Shown: piece after piece, positions 1 through 8,757 of the stretch | Layout: each line of letters starts with the position of its first letter | Numbering within the stretch: the first letter of the stretch is position 1 | From: Deltaproteobacteria bacterium | Lineage (GTDB): Bacteria; UBA10199; GCA-002796325; JACPFF01 | DNA length: 36,436 bases | NCBI GenBank assembly: GCA_016183125.1 | Contig: JACPFG010000063.1 | Coordinates: forward strand, 1 to 36,436 | Reading direction: 5' to 3' | Position numbers and translations under genes: made by a program | The notes under the pieces: generated by a model | What the model was told of the DNA's origin: nothing | Database searches by the model: none | Seen by the model: only the letters and a program-made list of their open reading frames with translations

Positions 1-1
1 C

Positions 2-190
2 ATGCGGGAACACGTGCTCGCAGTCTTGAGGCACCCTGATACAATGGAAACGAAGCCCGATGGGATCAAGGTTGCGCAGGGCAGCTTCGATAAACAGCAT
101 GTATTGCGCGTTGTTTTTAGACGAGATGGTGGCGGGATTAAAGTGATTACCTTTCATCCCGGTGATCGGGGGCGTTATGAAAAGAAATAA
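2..190 (+). CDS. DUF4258-like (RelE-superfamily) putative toxin, probably 5'-truncated by the window edge
   Basis: Short basic ORF with the pattern VL..PD...LRVVF......KVITF; overlaps the start of a DUF2283-like gene. Confidence 0.6.
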   Translation: MREHVLAVLRHPDTMETKPDGIKVAQGSFDKQHVLRVVFRRDGGGIKVITFHPGDRGRYEKK

Positions 191-392
191 GGTGAAGATT
201 ACATATGATCGAGACGCGGATGTCCTGGCATTTAACGTGGGTGGAGGTAAACTCGACCACGCCGAGGAGATGTGGCCCTTTATTGTCCATTTTAGCAAGG
301 CAAAAAAACCCATTTATCTCGAGATCGTCGACGCGAGCAAAATGATTCCGCAGATCGTTGGCGCTGCGGTGCATACCAAGGCGGCGGCATAA
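177..392 (+). CDS. DUF2283-family putative antitoxin
   Basis: ATG at 177; KITYDRDADVLAF...IVHFSK..KPIYLEI.DASK matches the DUF2283 pattern as I recall it. Confidence 0.75.
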   Translation: MKRNKVKITYDRDADVLAFNVGGGKLDHAEEMWPFIVHFSKAKKPIYLEIVDASKMIPQIVGAAVHTKAAA

Positions 393-470
393 CTCCTCAC
401 CCCCGGCGCCACCACGCAGGACATCATCGCGTGGCTAAAAGGTCCCCTGAGGGAGGGGGATTTTAAGTGA
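393..470 (+). pseudogene. Orphan gene 3' end resembling the C-terminus of a cobalamin-binding (methylmalonyl-CoA mutase small subunit-like) protein
   Basis: Reads LLTPGATTQDIIAWLKGPLREGDFK* with no start codon; resembles the (L/I)FTPG..T..I..(W/F/Y) end of B12-binding domains. Confidence 0.55.
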
Positions 471-872
471 TTACGGTTTTCCGGGTGGCTGGAAGAGGCG
501 GAGGTCCGAGTGGGCGCGGATATCCTGAAAGATGCCGTCGGCGCTCCAAAGGGGGACTCGTTCCGAAATCGCGTGCATTGCGATGAGGCAATCCATTGTG
601 GTGATTGTCACTCCCTTCTGCCGCATGCGAAGATACAGTTTCGGCGCTTCGGTCCAGAGGCGGTTAGGGAGGGGGAGCACGGGAATCGGGGCGAGCAACT
701 GGGCAATCGCTTCCTGATGTTTACTGTTGAGAGCGCCCTGAAGCAATTCGGTCAGGATAAGCGGGTTAATGCTCGCGTCGTTGGACTCGATGAGCGAAAT
801 CAGCGCCTCGTTGATCGCGGGGACACCGCCCCGCCAGCCGGCGATCCAGATGCTCGAATCAATCAAGGGCAC
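471..872 (-). CDS. vapC: PIN-domain toxin (VapC family)
   Basis: LIDSSIWI, ILTELLQG, TMDCLIA and LWSAD give the four conserved acidic PIN positions; 133 aa. Confidence 0.9.
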   Translation of the reverse strand: MPLIDSSIWIAGWRGGVPAINEALISLIESNDASINPLILTELLQGALNSKHQEAIAQLLAPIPVLPLPNRLWTEAPKLYLRMRQKGVTITTMDCLIAMHAISERVPLWSADGIFQDIRAHSDLRLFQPPGKP

Positions 873-1065
873 GGTTTTTTCTCATTCGGCGGACGTTAGG
901 ATTCCACGCGGGAAACCGGCCAAAACTCTTGATGAGTTTCACCCGCTTCCGTTGCAGGAGGAATTGCTCGAGCGCGCTGCGAATAGCCCCGCTGAGCGTT
1001 GCGGCCCCCGTCTCCCGCCGCACCTGCCGAATCAGAGTGTCCGCAATTTGGATCGAGGTCCGCAT
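859..1065 (-). CDS. vapB: VapB-type antitoxin (ribbon-helix-helix-like)
   Basis: MRTSIQIADTLI...TLSGAIRSALEQF; lies upstream of and overlaps vapC; ATG 1065 preferred over TTG 1074. Confidence 0.8.
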   Translation of the reverse strand: MRTSIQIADTLIRQVRRETGAATLSGAIRSALEQFLLQRKRVKLIKSFGRFPAWNPNVRRMRKNRALD

Positions 1066-1073
1066 GATATGCA

Positions 1074-1103
1074 ATAATAGATAAATTTGTAATATAATGT
1101 CAA
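1074..1103 (-). promoter_or_regulatory. Sigma70-like promoter of vapBC
   Basis: TTGACA (1103-1098), 18 nt, TATTAT (1079-1074), then 8 nt to the ATG. Confidence 0.6.
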
Positions 1104-1116
1104 GCGATACTTCATA

Positions 1117-2897
1117 TCACGCCGGGACGTTTTCCACGGCGCGGATGATGGCGGCGTCCACGCCGTATTTCTCAAGGAAGGCGCGGCGTTCGGTTTTCAT
1201 CTTCGCAACCCAGCCACGATATTGCTCCGCGCGGCCATTGGCCTCGAAAAACCGGCGGGGCTCCAGGATCTCCGCCGGGACCTTGGCAAGCAGGGCCTTA
1301 TTTTCCGTGGCGTTCACGTCCACGATCTCGTAGCCGAAGTCCGGGTCCCGTTTCCAGACGACGCGCCCGCCGAGTTCGCGCGCCCGCCGAGCAGGGCCTC
1401 CAGCATGGCTGACGAGTGGGCGATCTTCACCTTCAGCGCCTTCCCAGCCTCCACATCCCGCTGATCGCCCGCGATATAACCGGTATTCATCAGCCACATC
1501 GTGCAGTGTTTCATCGTGGCGGCCAGTTCGTTAAACCGTTTGGCCTGTAAGGCATGGCTGCGTGGAAAGAAGGGCTGCGTAAACGGCGAGCGGGTTTTTC
1601 CACGTTCCTTCCCGGCCGCGCCCGTCTTCGATGTCTCGCCGAGCATGAAATAACCCGCCGCTTGGGCGGGGGAGGTGAACCGGACAATCCCCGGCGTTGC
1701 GGCCTCCGGTCCCTCATCGCGATTGAGCGTCCCCATCGAGCCGATCGGCGGCAACTCTCTCGTTAAGTCCGCGGCGTCACGAATGGCCGAGAGCGGAATG
1801 ATTGATCGCCCGTTCTGCGTCCATACGACAAAGTCCCAGCCATCCCTCGGCGTCCCGCCCGCATCCACGATCTCTTCGAGTCGGACTTTACCAGCGGCAT
1901 ACGCCTCGACGTTCTCCTTTGACGCGCCAGTCAGGCAGAGCGTTTCTTTCCATTTAGCGACCTCGGCCGGCGTGAGCGTCGTCTTGCCAAAGTCATACGT
2001 CCCGTCGGAATTCACGAAGACATTCTCCACCCACGCGCTCGGATGGATCGTCCCGTCGTAGATCACCGGCTCGGTCTGCTCTGTGAGGCCGAACGTCTTG
2101 GCAAAGCAGCCGTTCTCGGTGACGGAATACCGCCCGCCCGGCCAGAGCGTAATCATATCGTCCTGGACCGGATGAGTGAGTTCCCCTTGTTTGCTAAACG
2201 TCGTCGTCGTCTTTCCCGTCCCCGAAAGTCCCATGATCGCCATCGTCTCGCGCTTCGCGCTGATCTGGACTACCTTCGCGCCGGCATGGAGGACGAGGCC
2301 ATTGCGCTGATAGAGATAATCGCAGAGCATCCGCAGGACGCCTTTTTTACTCTCGCCAAAATAATCGGGACCGAGAATGTAGGTCGTCCAATTTTGGAGA
2401 TCGACGAGGATTGCCTGCCGCCCCGGCATCCCCTCGGCAGGGCAATCGGGTGTGAAAATAATCCGGAATGTCGGTGCAAACGGCTTGGCAAGCTGCTCTT
2501 TCGATTCGACCGCTGCGCGGGGAAAGCTCAAGACCTGCTGCATCCCGGCGATGTTCGCCCCCTCGCATGAATAGATCCACTCGACGCCGACCGCCTCCTT
2601 GCCAAGCCCGTAGTAGCCCTCTATGGCGACTGCCTCGCCCTGGGCCTCGAGGTATTTTTTCTGGATTGCGATCAACGCCGCCGCCTTGGCCGGGTCCATC
2701 ACCTTGCCGGAGTAGCTGCCGGCCTCGGATTCCGGGGCGAGGCAATAGGTGTACTGGGCCATCCGCGCCTTGTTCCGCGAGATCTTGTTGAGATTGCCAT
2801 ATTTCGTTTCCATCACCGCCGGCGTGTGTTTCAGCGCCAGCGCGCGGAGTTCCTTCTGCGAGGGGTTGCGAATCATTCGAAGGTTGGAGGTTTTCAT
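1117..2897 (-). pseudogene. pckA: Phosphoenolpyruvate carboxykinase (ATP), frameshifted near the 3' end
   Basis: YFGESKKG, LHAGAK, GLSGTGKTT, QDD and ENGCFAKT motifs; AAGGA RBS before ATG 2897; a 17-bp duplication-type insertion at 1362-1391 moves the C-terminal ~80 aa (VVWKRDPDFGYEI...) into another frame. Confidence 0.85.
1362..1391. repeat. 13-bp direct repeat CGCGCCCGCCGAG x2 separated by TTCG
   Basis: Copies at 1362-1374 and 1379-1391; removing 17 bp restores the pckA frame. Confidence 0.9.
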
Positions 2898-3000
2898 CGT
2901 AATTGTCCTTTCCACGGCGAGGAAATAGCATTCCAAACACCAGGCGCAATGATTAAAAAAATCTTGCGCGAAGCAGGTCCCTCGGCTACAGCACGCCCCA

Positions 3001-4206
3001 AGGGGACGGAAAGTCGGCATCGTTGGCGCGGCGATTACGCCGTGTAAGAGCCACTGGGTGGAGCGGACGTACTACGGCCTCTCCCAGATGGCCGTGCGCG
3101 ATTGCCTGCGCGATGCGGCGATAGGAATCAAGGACGTGGATGCCGTCGTCTACGGGATCTATAACGACATCTTCGAGATGGCCGCCATCCCGGAACACCC
3201 GCTCCAAGGGATCATCGGGATGACGAACAAGCCCGGCATTCGCGTCACAAACGGCGGCGCAACAGGTGCTTATGCCATGCACTGCGCGTATGCGTGGGTG
3301 GCGAGCGGCCTCTACGACACGGTGATGGTCTTGGGCGTCGAGCGGGCAACCGACTGCTTCGACTTCGAGTCGATGACCGAGACACCGGAAGTGATCAAGA
3401 CGATCGGTTGGTCGGGCGATACCTTCTTCGAGCGGGAGCTCGGCTGGACGGCGTCGGACAGCTATGCCGAGGTGGTCCTCGCCTACATGGACGATCATCC
3501 GGAGGATCTCAAACCCGAAATATCCGCCAAGATCAGCGAGATTCTCTGCCAACAGGCGAAGCACAATCCGTTCGCCCAGCGCCGCGACGAGGTGGTCACC
3601 GCCGAGATGGCGATGAACTCCCGGTACGTTGTCTATCCCTTTAAACTCCTCGAGATGTGCGTCTATTCGGAAGGTGCCGGGGCACTGATCTTTGCCTCGG
3701 AGGAGAAGGCCAAGGCCATTGCGCGGAACAACGGCAAGGCCCCCATCTGGATCGCGGGTGTGGGTGCCAGCAATGAGCATAGCGTCGCCGGGCCGGATTA
3801 CACGCGCCACAAGTATATGGGACGGATCTGGTCGGATCATATCGCGGCTGAGAAGGCCTACGCAATGGCCGGGATCACAAAGCCGGTGCAAGAGATCCAG
3901 GTCGTGGAGCTGCACGACGCGTTTATCAAGCAATTACAGATCACGATGGGGGAGATGGGATTCGTCCCGATCGGGCGGACCGATGCCCTCGTGGAAGAGG
4001 GGATCATGACGCCGGGCGGGAAGGTGCTCGTGAATCCATCGGGGGGACTCACGTTCGGCGGACATTTTGTTGGCGGGTCGAACATCTTTTCGACCTGGAG
4101 CGCGCGGCGCGAGATGCTCGAGCGTGGATTTGCGCGCGGGTTGATCCACGGGACCGGCTCAACGGTATCCCAGTACGGCGTGGTGTTTGTTTTGGAGCGG
4201 AGCTAA
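3001..4206 (+). CDS. Thiolase-family (SCP-x-like) protein; start codon anomalous
   Basis: Family-typical N-terminus RKVGIVGAAITP lies upstream of the called GTG 3058; AKHNPFAQ, ELHDAF and VNPSGGL..GGH motifs; codon 3001 is AGG where ATG is expected. Confidence 0.85.
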   Translation, partial: RGRKVGIVGAAITPCKSHWVERTYYGLSQMAVRDCLRDAAIGIKDVDAVVYGIYNDIFEMAAIPEHPLQGIIGMTNKPGIRVTNGGATGAYAMHCAYAWVASGLYDTVMVLGVERATDCFDFESMTETPEVIKTIGWSGDTFFERELGWTASDSYAEVVLAYMDDHPEDLKPEISAKISEILCQQAKHNPFAQRRDEVVTAEMAMNSRYVVYPFKLLEMCVYSEGAGALIFASEEKAKAIARNNGKAPIWIAGVGASNEHSVAGPDYTRHKYMGRIWSDHIAAEKAYAMAGITKPVQEIQVVELHDAFIKQLQITMGEMGFVPIGRTDALVEEGIMTPGGKVLVNPSGGLTFGGHFVGGSNIFSTWSARREMLERGFARGLIHGTGSTVSQYGVVFVLERS

Positions 4207-4208
4207 CT

Positions 4209-5207
4209 ATGGCAGGGGAGAAGGTTCAAAAAGTGATTCCGGAGCATATGATTCCGCCGGTGGCCTCGGAGATCGTCGAGCGGGGGGGCGAGCGCTACCT
4301 CCAATCGAACGAGGCGATGTTTACATTTTACAAGCGGACGAAGGGGGAGTTCTCGAAATATTTTCTGGGCCTGCGCGATGAGATGAAAATCTGGGGTGTG
4401 CGCTGCCCCAAATGCGGGATCGTCCGCGTCCCGCCGTTTCAGCTCATGTGCCCCGATTGCGACTTTTGCGACCTCAAATGGGTGGAGATGCCGCACACCG
4501 GCGTGATGAACTCCACGCCGCCGATCACGTATTTTGCCCACTCGCTCTTTCAGTCGTGGGTCCCGTTCGGGCGGGGTCGGGTCGTCCTGGAGGGCGCCGG
4601 CACCGCGCTCCCGGTACATGTCTTTACGACGAAGGGCGTGCTCACCCCGTTTATCTTCAAGAAAGGGACGCCGGTGAAGGTGGTGTTCCGCACCGAACGG
4701 TTCGGCAAACCGACCGACATTTTCGCCGTGCCGCTCGCCGAGTTGAGCGAGGCGCAAAAAAAGAAATCACCATTGATGGAAACCGACCTCGATTTTTCCG
4801 CTCCGGTCGAGCCGAAGGTTGGCGCGGCGACAGGAGCGGCAAAAGCGAGCTATGCAAAGGCGCTCGATCTGCTGAAGGAACTGGCGGTCGGCGTGACAAA
4901 GAGCCCCCGCGCGCAGCACAACCTCGCCGGTTGGACCCGCCGGATTGCCGTTCGGACAAGCAGCGGCGATTTCGGCCTTGTCATAGCCGAGGGCCGGCTG
5001 TCCGTAACGGATAAGACGCCGACCGGCACACCGGACCTCGTCATGGTCGCCGACGATCCGCAACTCTTCGTGGACTGGCTCACGTTCAAAGAGGCCCTCA
5101 CCAACGCCATCATCGCCGGCAAACTTTGGATCAGCCTGAACCGCGAATTCACCACCATCTTCAAACTCGACCGCCTCCCCCGCTCCGTCGCACGGGATCG
5201 GGGATAG
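4209..5207 (+). CDS. DUF35 (Zn-ribbon + OB-fold) protein fused to a C-terminal SCP2-like domain
   Basis: CPKC...PP...CPDC Zn-ribbon; C-terminal PDLVM....AII.GKL.I pattern; directly follows the thiolase, the usual DUF35 partner. Confidence 0.8.
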   Translation: MAGEKVQKVIPEHMIPPVASEIVERGGERYLQSNEAMFTFYKRTKGEFSKYFLGLRDEMKIWGVRCPKCGIVRVPPFQLMCPDCDFCDLKWVEMPHTGVMNSTPPITYFAHSLFQSWVPFGRGRVVLEGAGTALPVHVFTTKGVLTPFIFKKGTPVKVVFRTERFGKPTDIFAVPLAELSEAQKKKSPLMETDLDFSAPVEPKVGAATGAAKASYAKALDLLKELAVGVTKSPRAQHNLAGWTRRIAVRTSSGDFGLVIAEGRLSVTDKTPTGTPDLVMVADDPQLFVDWLTFKEALTNAIIAGKLWISLNREFTTIFKLDRLPRSVARDRG

Positions 5208-5266
5208 TGCCCGCTGTTTCTTTTCAGTTGTTTGCCAACGCTTTTCTATGGTAGAAAATACGCGGT

Positions 5267-5677
5267 ATGGTTGGTGGAGCGCTGAAAAAGGCGACACAGC
5301 AATGGATCCGTCATAGCGAAGCGGATTTCGGTACCGCACAGTTTTTATTGCGGGCACGGAAATATCTGTATGTCGGGTTCATGTGTCAGCAGGCCGTGGA
5401 AAAACTGCTGAAGGCGGTCATTTGTCAGGAAATGGACGTGACACCGCCGCGCACGCATAACCTGATTGCATTGGGCGATTTGATTGATGCGCGCATGAAC
5501 GACCACCAACGGGGCATCATGACGGCGTTAACCGAGTATTACCTGAATAATCGGTATCCGGAGGTGAAGGTCGCGCTTGCCAGACGATTGACGGGCCCGG
5601 TGGCGCGCCAGGTCCTGCAGGGCACGGAGGCAATCATCCAATGGCTGCGCGAGCAATACCGGATACCGAGCAGGTGA
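5267..5677 (+). CDS. HEPN-domain protein (HEPN/MNT TA pair)
   Basis: FMCQQAVEKLLKA, PPRTHNL and YLNNRYP motifs. Confidence 0.9.
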   Translation: MVGGALKKATQQWIRHSEADFGTAQFLLRARKYLYVGFMCQQAVEKLLKAVICQEMDVTPPRTHNLIALGDLIDARMNDHQRGIMTALTEYYLNNRYPEVKVALARRLTGPVARQVLQGTEAIIQWLREQYRIPSR

Positions 5678-6003
5678 TCCGCACATTTGTGCGGCGCCTC
5701 AATCGCGTCTTCCCACTGGAGGCGGTGTTCCTTTACGGGAGCCACGCGCGAGGGTGGCAGGATGCATGGAGCGACATCGACCTGGCGGTTGTGTCCAGGC
5801 GCTTTGACCGGGCTTCCCGTGCAACGTGGGAAGCGGTTCGTCGTATTGCTCACGCGATCTCGCCCATATTGGATGCCCGTCCCTTCGGTGCCCGGGAATT
5901 TGCGCGTTACGAGCGCGGCGATTTTGTCCACGAGATTCACCGGACCGGCAAACAGATCTACCGTAACGGTCGTTTTGCGGTCGCTGGGGCGCGCGGATAT
6001 TGA
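5641..6003 (+). CDS. Minimal nucleotidyltransferase (MNT) antitoxin
   Basis: LYGSHARG...SDIDLAVVS signature; overlaps the HEPN gene end. Confidence 0.9.
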   Translation: MAARAIPDTEQVIRTFVRRLNRVFPLEAVFLYGSHARGWQDAWSDIDLAVVSRRFDRASRATWEAVRRIAHAISPILDARPFGAREFARYERGDFVHEIHRTGKQIYRNGRFAVAGARGY

Positions 6004-6059
6004 CCACGATCTTCGTGCTCGACCGGCTGCCTCGTTCTGTTGCGCGTGATCGGAAGTAG
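6003..6059 (+). repeat. Diverged duplicate of the last 57 bp of the DUF35-SCP2 gene (5151-5207)
   Basis: TTIFVLDRLPRSVARDRK* versus TTIFKLDRLPRSVARDRG*; 42/57 nt and 16/18 aa identical. Confidence 0.95.
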
Positions 6060-6069
6060 GGGTAAACAT

Positions 6070-6864
6070 ATGCCAAAGGTTCAGACAACGACGGGGATCA
6101 ACATCTACTATGAGCAGGAGGGCGCGGGGAAGGACGTGATCTGCATTGCGGGCCTGTCGGCGGACCATACAACATGGTCTCCGGTCCTTCCCCAACTGGC
6201 CTCGTAGTGCCGCATGTTGATTTTTGATAACCGAGGCGTAGGCCAGACAGAGGCCCCTCCAACACCCAATACGATTCGGGTGATGGCCGATGACACCATC
6301 GCTCTTATGGATGCCTTGGACATTGAGCGGACCACTCTCGTAGGGCATTCAATGGGCGGAGCCATTGCGCTGCAGATGTCTCTGATTGCACCCGATCGGA
6401 TATCGCAAACGGTCATTTGCGCGTCCGCCGCCAGGCTACCGTATCCATCCGTCGCCGTCATAAAGGTTGCCGTAAAATATCGAGAGATGGACCTCGATCC
6501 AACACTCATTTTCGAGACGACCTTTCCGTGGATTTACGGCGAGGCATTTTTACGAGACGAAGCCAGGGTGAGAACTCAGATGGATCAATTACTACAAAAC
6601 CCATATCCACAGTCGCTCGACCATTTTCGCGGGCAAGTGGCTGCATGCGAGTCGTTCGATTTGGAGCGAGCGATCAGCGAAGTCAGAACGGATACGCTCG
6701 TGGTTGCAGGCAATGAAGATGTCCTTACGCCGCTTCGATGCTCGGAATATCTCCATCAGAACATTGCTGGTTCCCGGTTGGTCGTGATGAACAACTGCGG
6801 ACATATGATCCAACACGAACAGCCTTCAAAACTGGCCGAGACCATTCTCACCTTTCTCCACTAA
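6070..6864 (+). pseudogene. Alpha/beta hydrolase (PcaD/enol-lactonase-like fold) with an in-frame TAG
   Basis: ATG 6070 gives MPKVQTTTGINIYYEQEGAG...; TAG at 6205-6207; then DNRGVG, GHSMGG, GNEDVLTP and CGH motifs in the same frame. Confidence 0.85.
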
Positions 6865-6910
6865 AGAGGGGGGGGGGGGGCAGCTAAAACTTCTTGTGTT
6901 TACCATCATG

Positions 6911-6936
6911 AGTGCTGTATGCTGTAATACAGCACT
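6911..6936. promoter_or_regulatory. Perfect 10-bp inverted repeat, probable antitoxin operator
   Basis: AGTGCTGTAT-N6-ATACAGCACT just upstream of the GGAGGA RBS of the antitoxin gene. Confidence 0.6.
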
Positions 6937-6949
6937 ATGGAGGACGGAA

Positions 6950-7192
6950 ATGGCCCATCGCACCCAGTTGTATCTCGACGACAGCCAGTATCAATTCGTG
7001 AAGGACCTGGCGCGGGCGGAGCGGAAATCGATCGCCCAGCTCTTCCGCGAATGGATTGAAGAGCGCCGGCATTTGCGCGCACAAAAACGCTACGAGAAGG
7101 ACCCATTTTGGCAAATGCGCGGCATTGGAGCAAGCGGACGATCGGATATTGCCAAGCATTTTGACGATTACCTCTACGGGGACAAACGATAA
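6950..7192 (+). CDS. CopG/RHH-type antitoxin
   Basis: MAHRTQLYLDD...KSIAQLFRE...G...SG.SDIA..FDDYLYG, a pattern typical of antitoxins upstream of PIN genes; good RBS. Confidence 0.8.
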   Translation: MAHRTQLYLDDSQYQFVKDLARAERKSIAQLFREWIEERRHLRAQKRYEKDPFWQMRGIGASGRSDIAKHFDDYLYGDKR

Positions 7193-7538
7193 CCGTGCAG
7201 CAAGTTTTCCTCTTGAACGATATCTTCGAGCGGAACAACCGTTGCTGTTGACGACCCATCTCATCTTTGCCGAAGCGAATTCCCTGATTACAAAACGGTT
7301 GGGCAAATCCGTAGGGGAGCGCACGGGGGACCTGTTGCAGCGCAGCGATTTTGTGCAGTTGGTCTTTCTTGACGAGGTTGTCCATCGTGAGGCATGGAAT
7401 CTGTACAAAAAATATCGGGACAAAGACTTTGACTACATTGATGCCACGAGCTTCGTTTTTTGCAAACGCCGCGGGATCCGCGAGGTCCTCACCTTTGACC
7501 GCCACTTCGCCCAAATGGGTTTTCGGATCGTGCCCTAG
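7188..7538 (+). pseudogene. vapC: PIN-domain toxin missing its start codon and N-terminal ~25 aa
   Basis: TTHLIFAE, DYIDATSF and TFDRHFAQMGF present; no start and no first D-T-S strand. Confidence 0.8.
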
Positions 7539-7577
7539 CACCTGGTACCTGGCACCGAATGATAATGCGGTGTAATG

Positions 7578-8723
7578 TCATTCGTGGATGGCGAGCAGGG
7601 ACGGCAGGGTTTTGAGACATTCCTCGAAGGGGATCACCTGGATCCCTTCCATCTCCATCCGCCGGTCGCCGCCGTAGATGCAATAGGTTCGTGCCGAGGG
7701 ATAGTCAGCGCGAAAGGCTTTGAGACCGCGCAACGCATCTGAGCCGACGCGGGCAGTGCGCTTGACTTCGAAGGCGTGGATTCCTTTCGGGCCATAAGCG
7801 ACGAAGTCAACTTCCAGTCCGGTCGCGGTCCGCCAATAGAAGAGGTCATAATCCAGCCCCTCGTCTGCATTCACGGCCTTCAGTTCCTGATAGAGGAGCG
7901 TTTCATAGGCCGCGCCTTCTGCCTCTTCCGGCCGGTCGAGCGGGCCCATCGGGCGCAGCGTGCGATAGATCCCCACATCAAAAAAGTAAAACTTGGGATG
8001 GGCTGCCATCCGCCGCTTGGCGCGTTTGGTGAAGGCCGGAAGGCGCTCCGCCAGCAGCAGGTCCTCTAGAATAACGAAATATTGTTCGACGACTTTGCGC
8101 TCGACCGCACACTCCCTTGCCACTCCGGCAATACTCAGGATGGCCCCTTGGGAAAAACTCGCCGATTCTAAAAAGCGGGTAAAGGCCGCCAGATTTCTGG
8201 TCAGGCCCTCCTGCTGGACCTCCTCTTTCAGATACGTCTGGACATACGATTCGAGATATCGCTTCGGATCGGCCTCCGTGTAGGCGCACGGCAACTGGCC
8301 AAACCGGAGGGAATGTTCTAGTCGAAAATCGTTGCTCAACTCCCGGGCCGTCAAGGGATGCATCATCAACGTCAGGGCCCGCCCCGCCAGCAAGTTGACC
8401 CCCTTGCGCCGCAATTTTCGGGCGTTCGACCCCGTCAGAACAAATTTGTAGCGACGAGTTTCGATCAGCCGATGCACCTCGTTCAGGAGTTCCGGTACTT
8501 TTTGGACCTCATCGAGAATAATCCAGTCGCTAAACCCCTGCGGCACCAGCTGCTCCAATCGGCCGGGGTGAGCCAGCAAGTCATTAAATGTCTCCGCGGC
8601 GAGTAAGTCCACGTAGACGGCCCGAGGAAAGGCAGAGCGAACCCAGCTGGTCTTCCCAGTTCCTCTCGGCCCAAAGAGGAAAAAACTCTTATTTTGCGGG
8701 TAGTTAATAATTCTGGAATACAT
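7578..8723 (-). CDS. AAA+ ATPase (AAA_14 + DUF4143 type) with C-terminal PD-(D/E)XK-like domain
   Basis: GPRGTGKT, ILDEVQK, LTGS, PKFYFFDVG and EVDFV....AFEVK motifs. Confidence 0.9.
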   Translation of the reverse strand: MYSRIINYPQNKSFFLFGPRGTGKTSWVRSAFPRAVYVDLLAAETFNDLLAHPGRLEQLVPQGFSDWIILDEVQKVPELLNEVHRLIETRRYKFVLTGSNARKLRRKGVNLLAGRALTLMMHPLTARELSNDFRLEHSLRFGQLPCAYTEADPKRYLESYVQTYLKEEVQQEGLTRNLAAFTRFLESASFSQGAILSIAGVARECAVERKVVEQYFVILEDLLLAERLPAFTKRAKRRMAAHPKFYFFDVGIYRTLRPMGPLDRPEEAEGAAYETLLYQELKAVNADEGLDYDLFYWRTATGLEVDFVAYGPKGIHAFEVKRTARVGSDALRGLKAFRADYPSARTYCIYGGDRRMEMEGIQVIPFEECLKTLPSLLAIHE

Positions 8724-8757
8724 AACTCCATTTTACATAGTAATATGGAGTTATCAA
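8722..8757 (-). promoter_or_regulatory. Promoter of the AAA+ gene overlapped by a perfect 10-bp inverted repeat
   Basis: TTGATA-16-TAAAAT-6-ATG; ATAACTCCAT (8722-8731) and ATGGAGTTAT (8745-8754). Confidence 0.55.

Noticed and set aside
465-500. Displaced pckA 3' end after vapC
   Set aside because: Only GGAAAAC is shared; not significant, so this module does not visibly follow the pattern.
6205-6207. Alternative genetic code (TAG reassigned)
   Set aside because: Single case; TAG terminates other genes and multi-kb ORFs contain none.
6867-6880. Run of 14 G as a phase-variation tract
   Set aside because: Intergenic and not clearly within a promoter spacer; poly-G is a common sequencing artefact.
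7056-7187. Upstream extension of the PIN ORF from TTG 7056
   Set aside because: Overlaps the antitoxin out of frame and lacks the PIN first-strand motif.
7539-7577. Displaced gene terminus between the PIN remnant and the AAA+ gene
   Set aside because: No convincing match to the hydrolase end or the mnmA start region.
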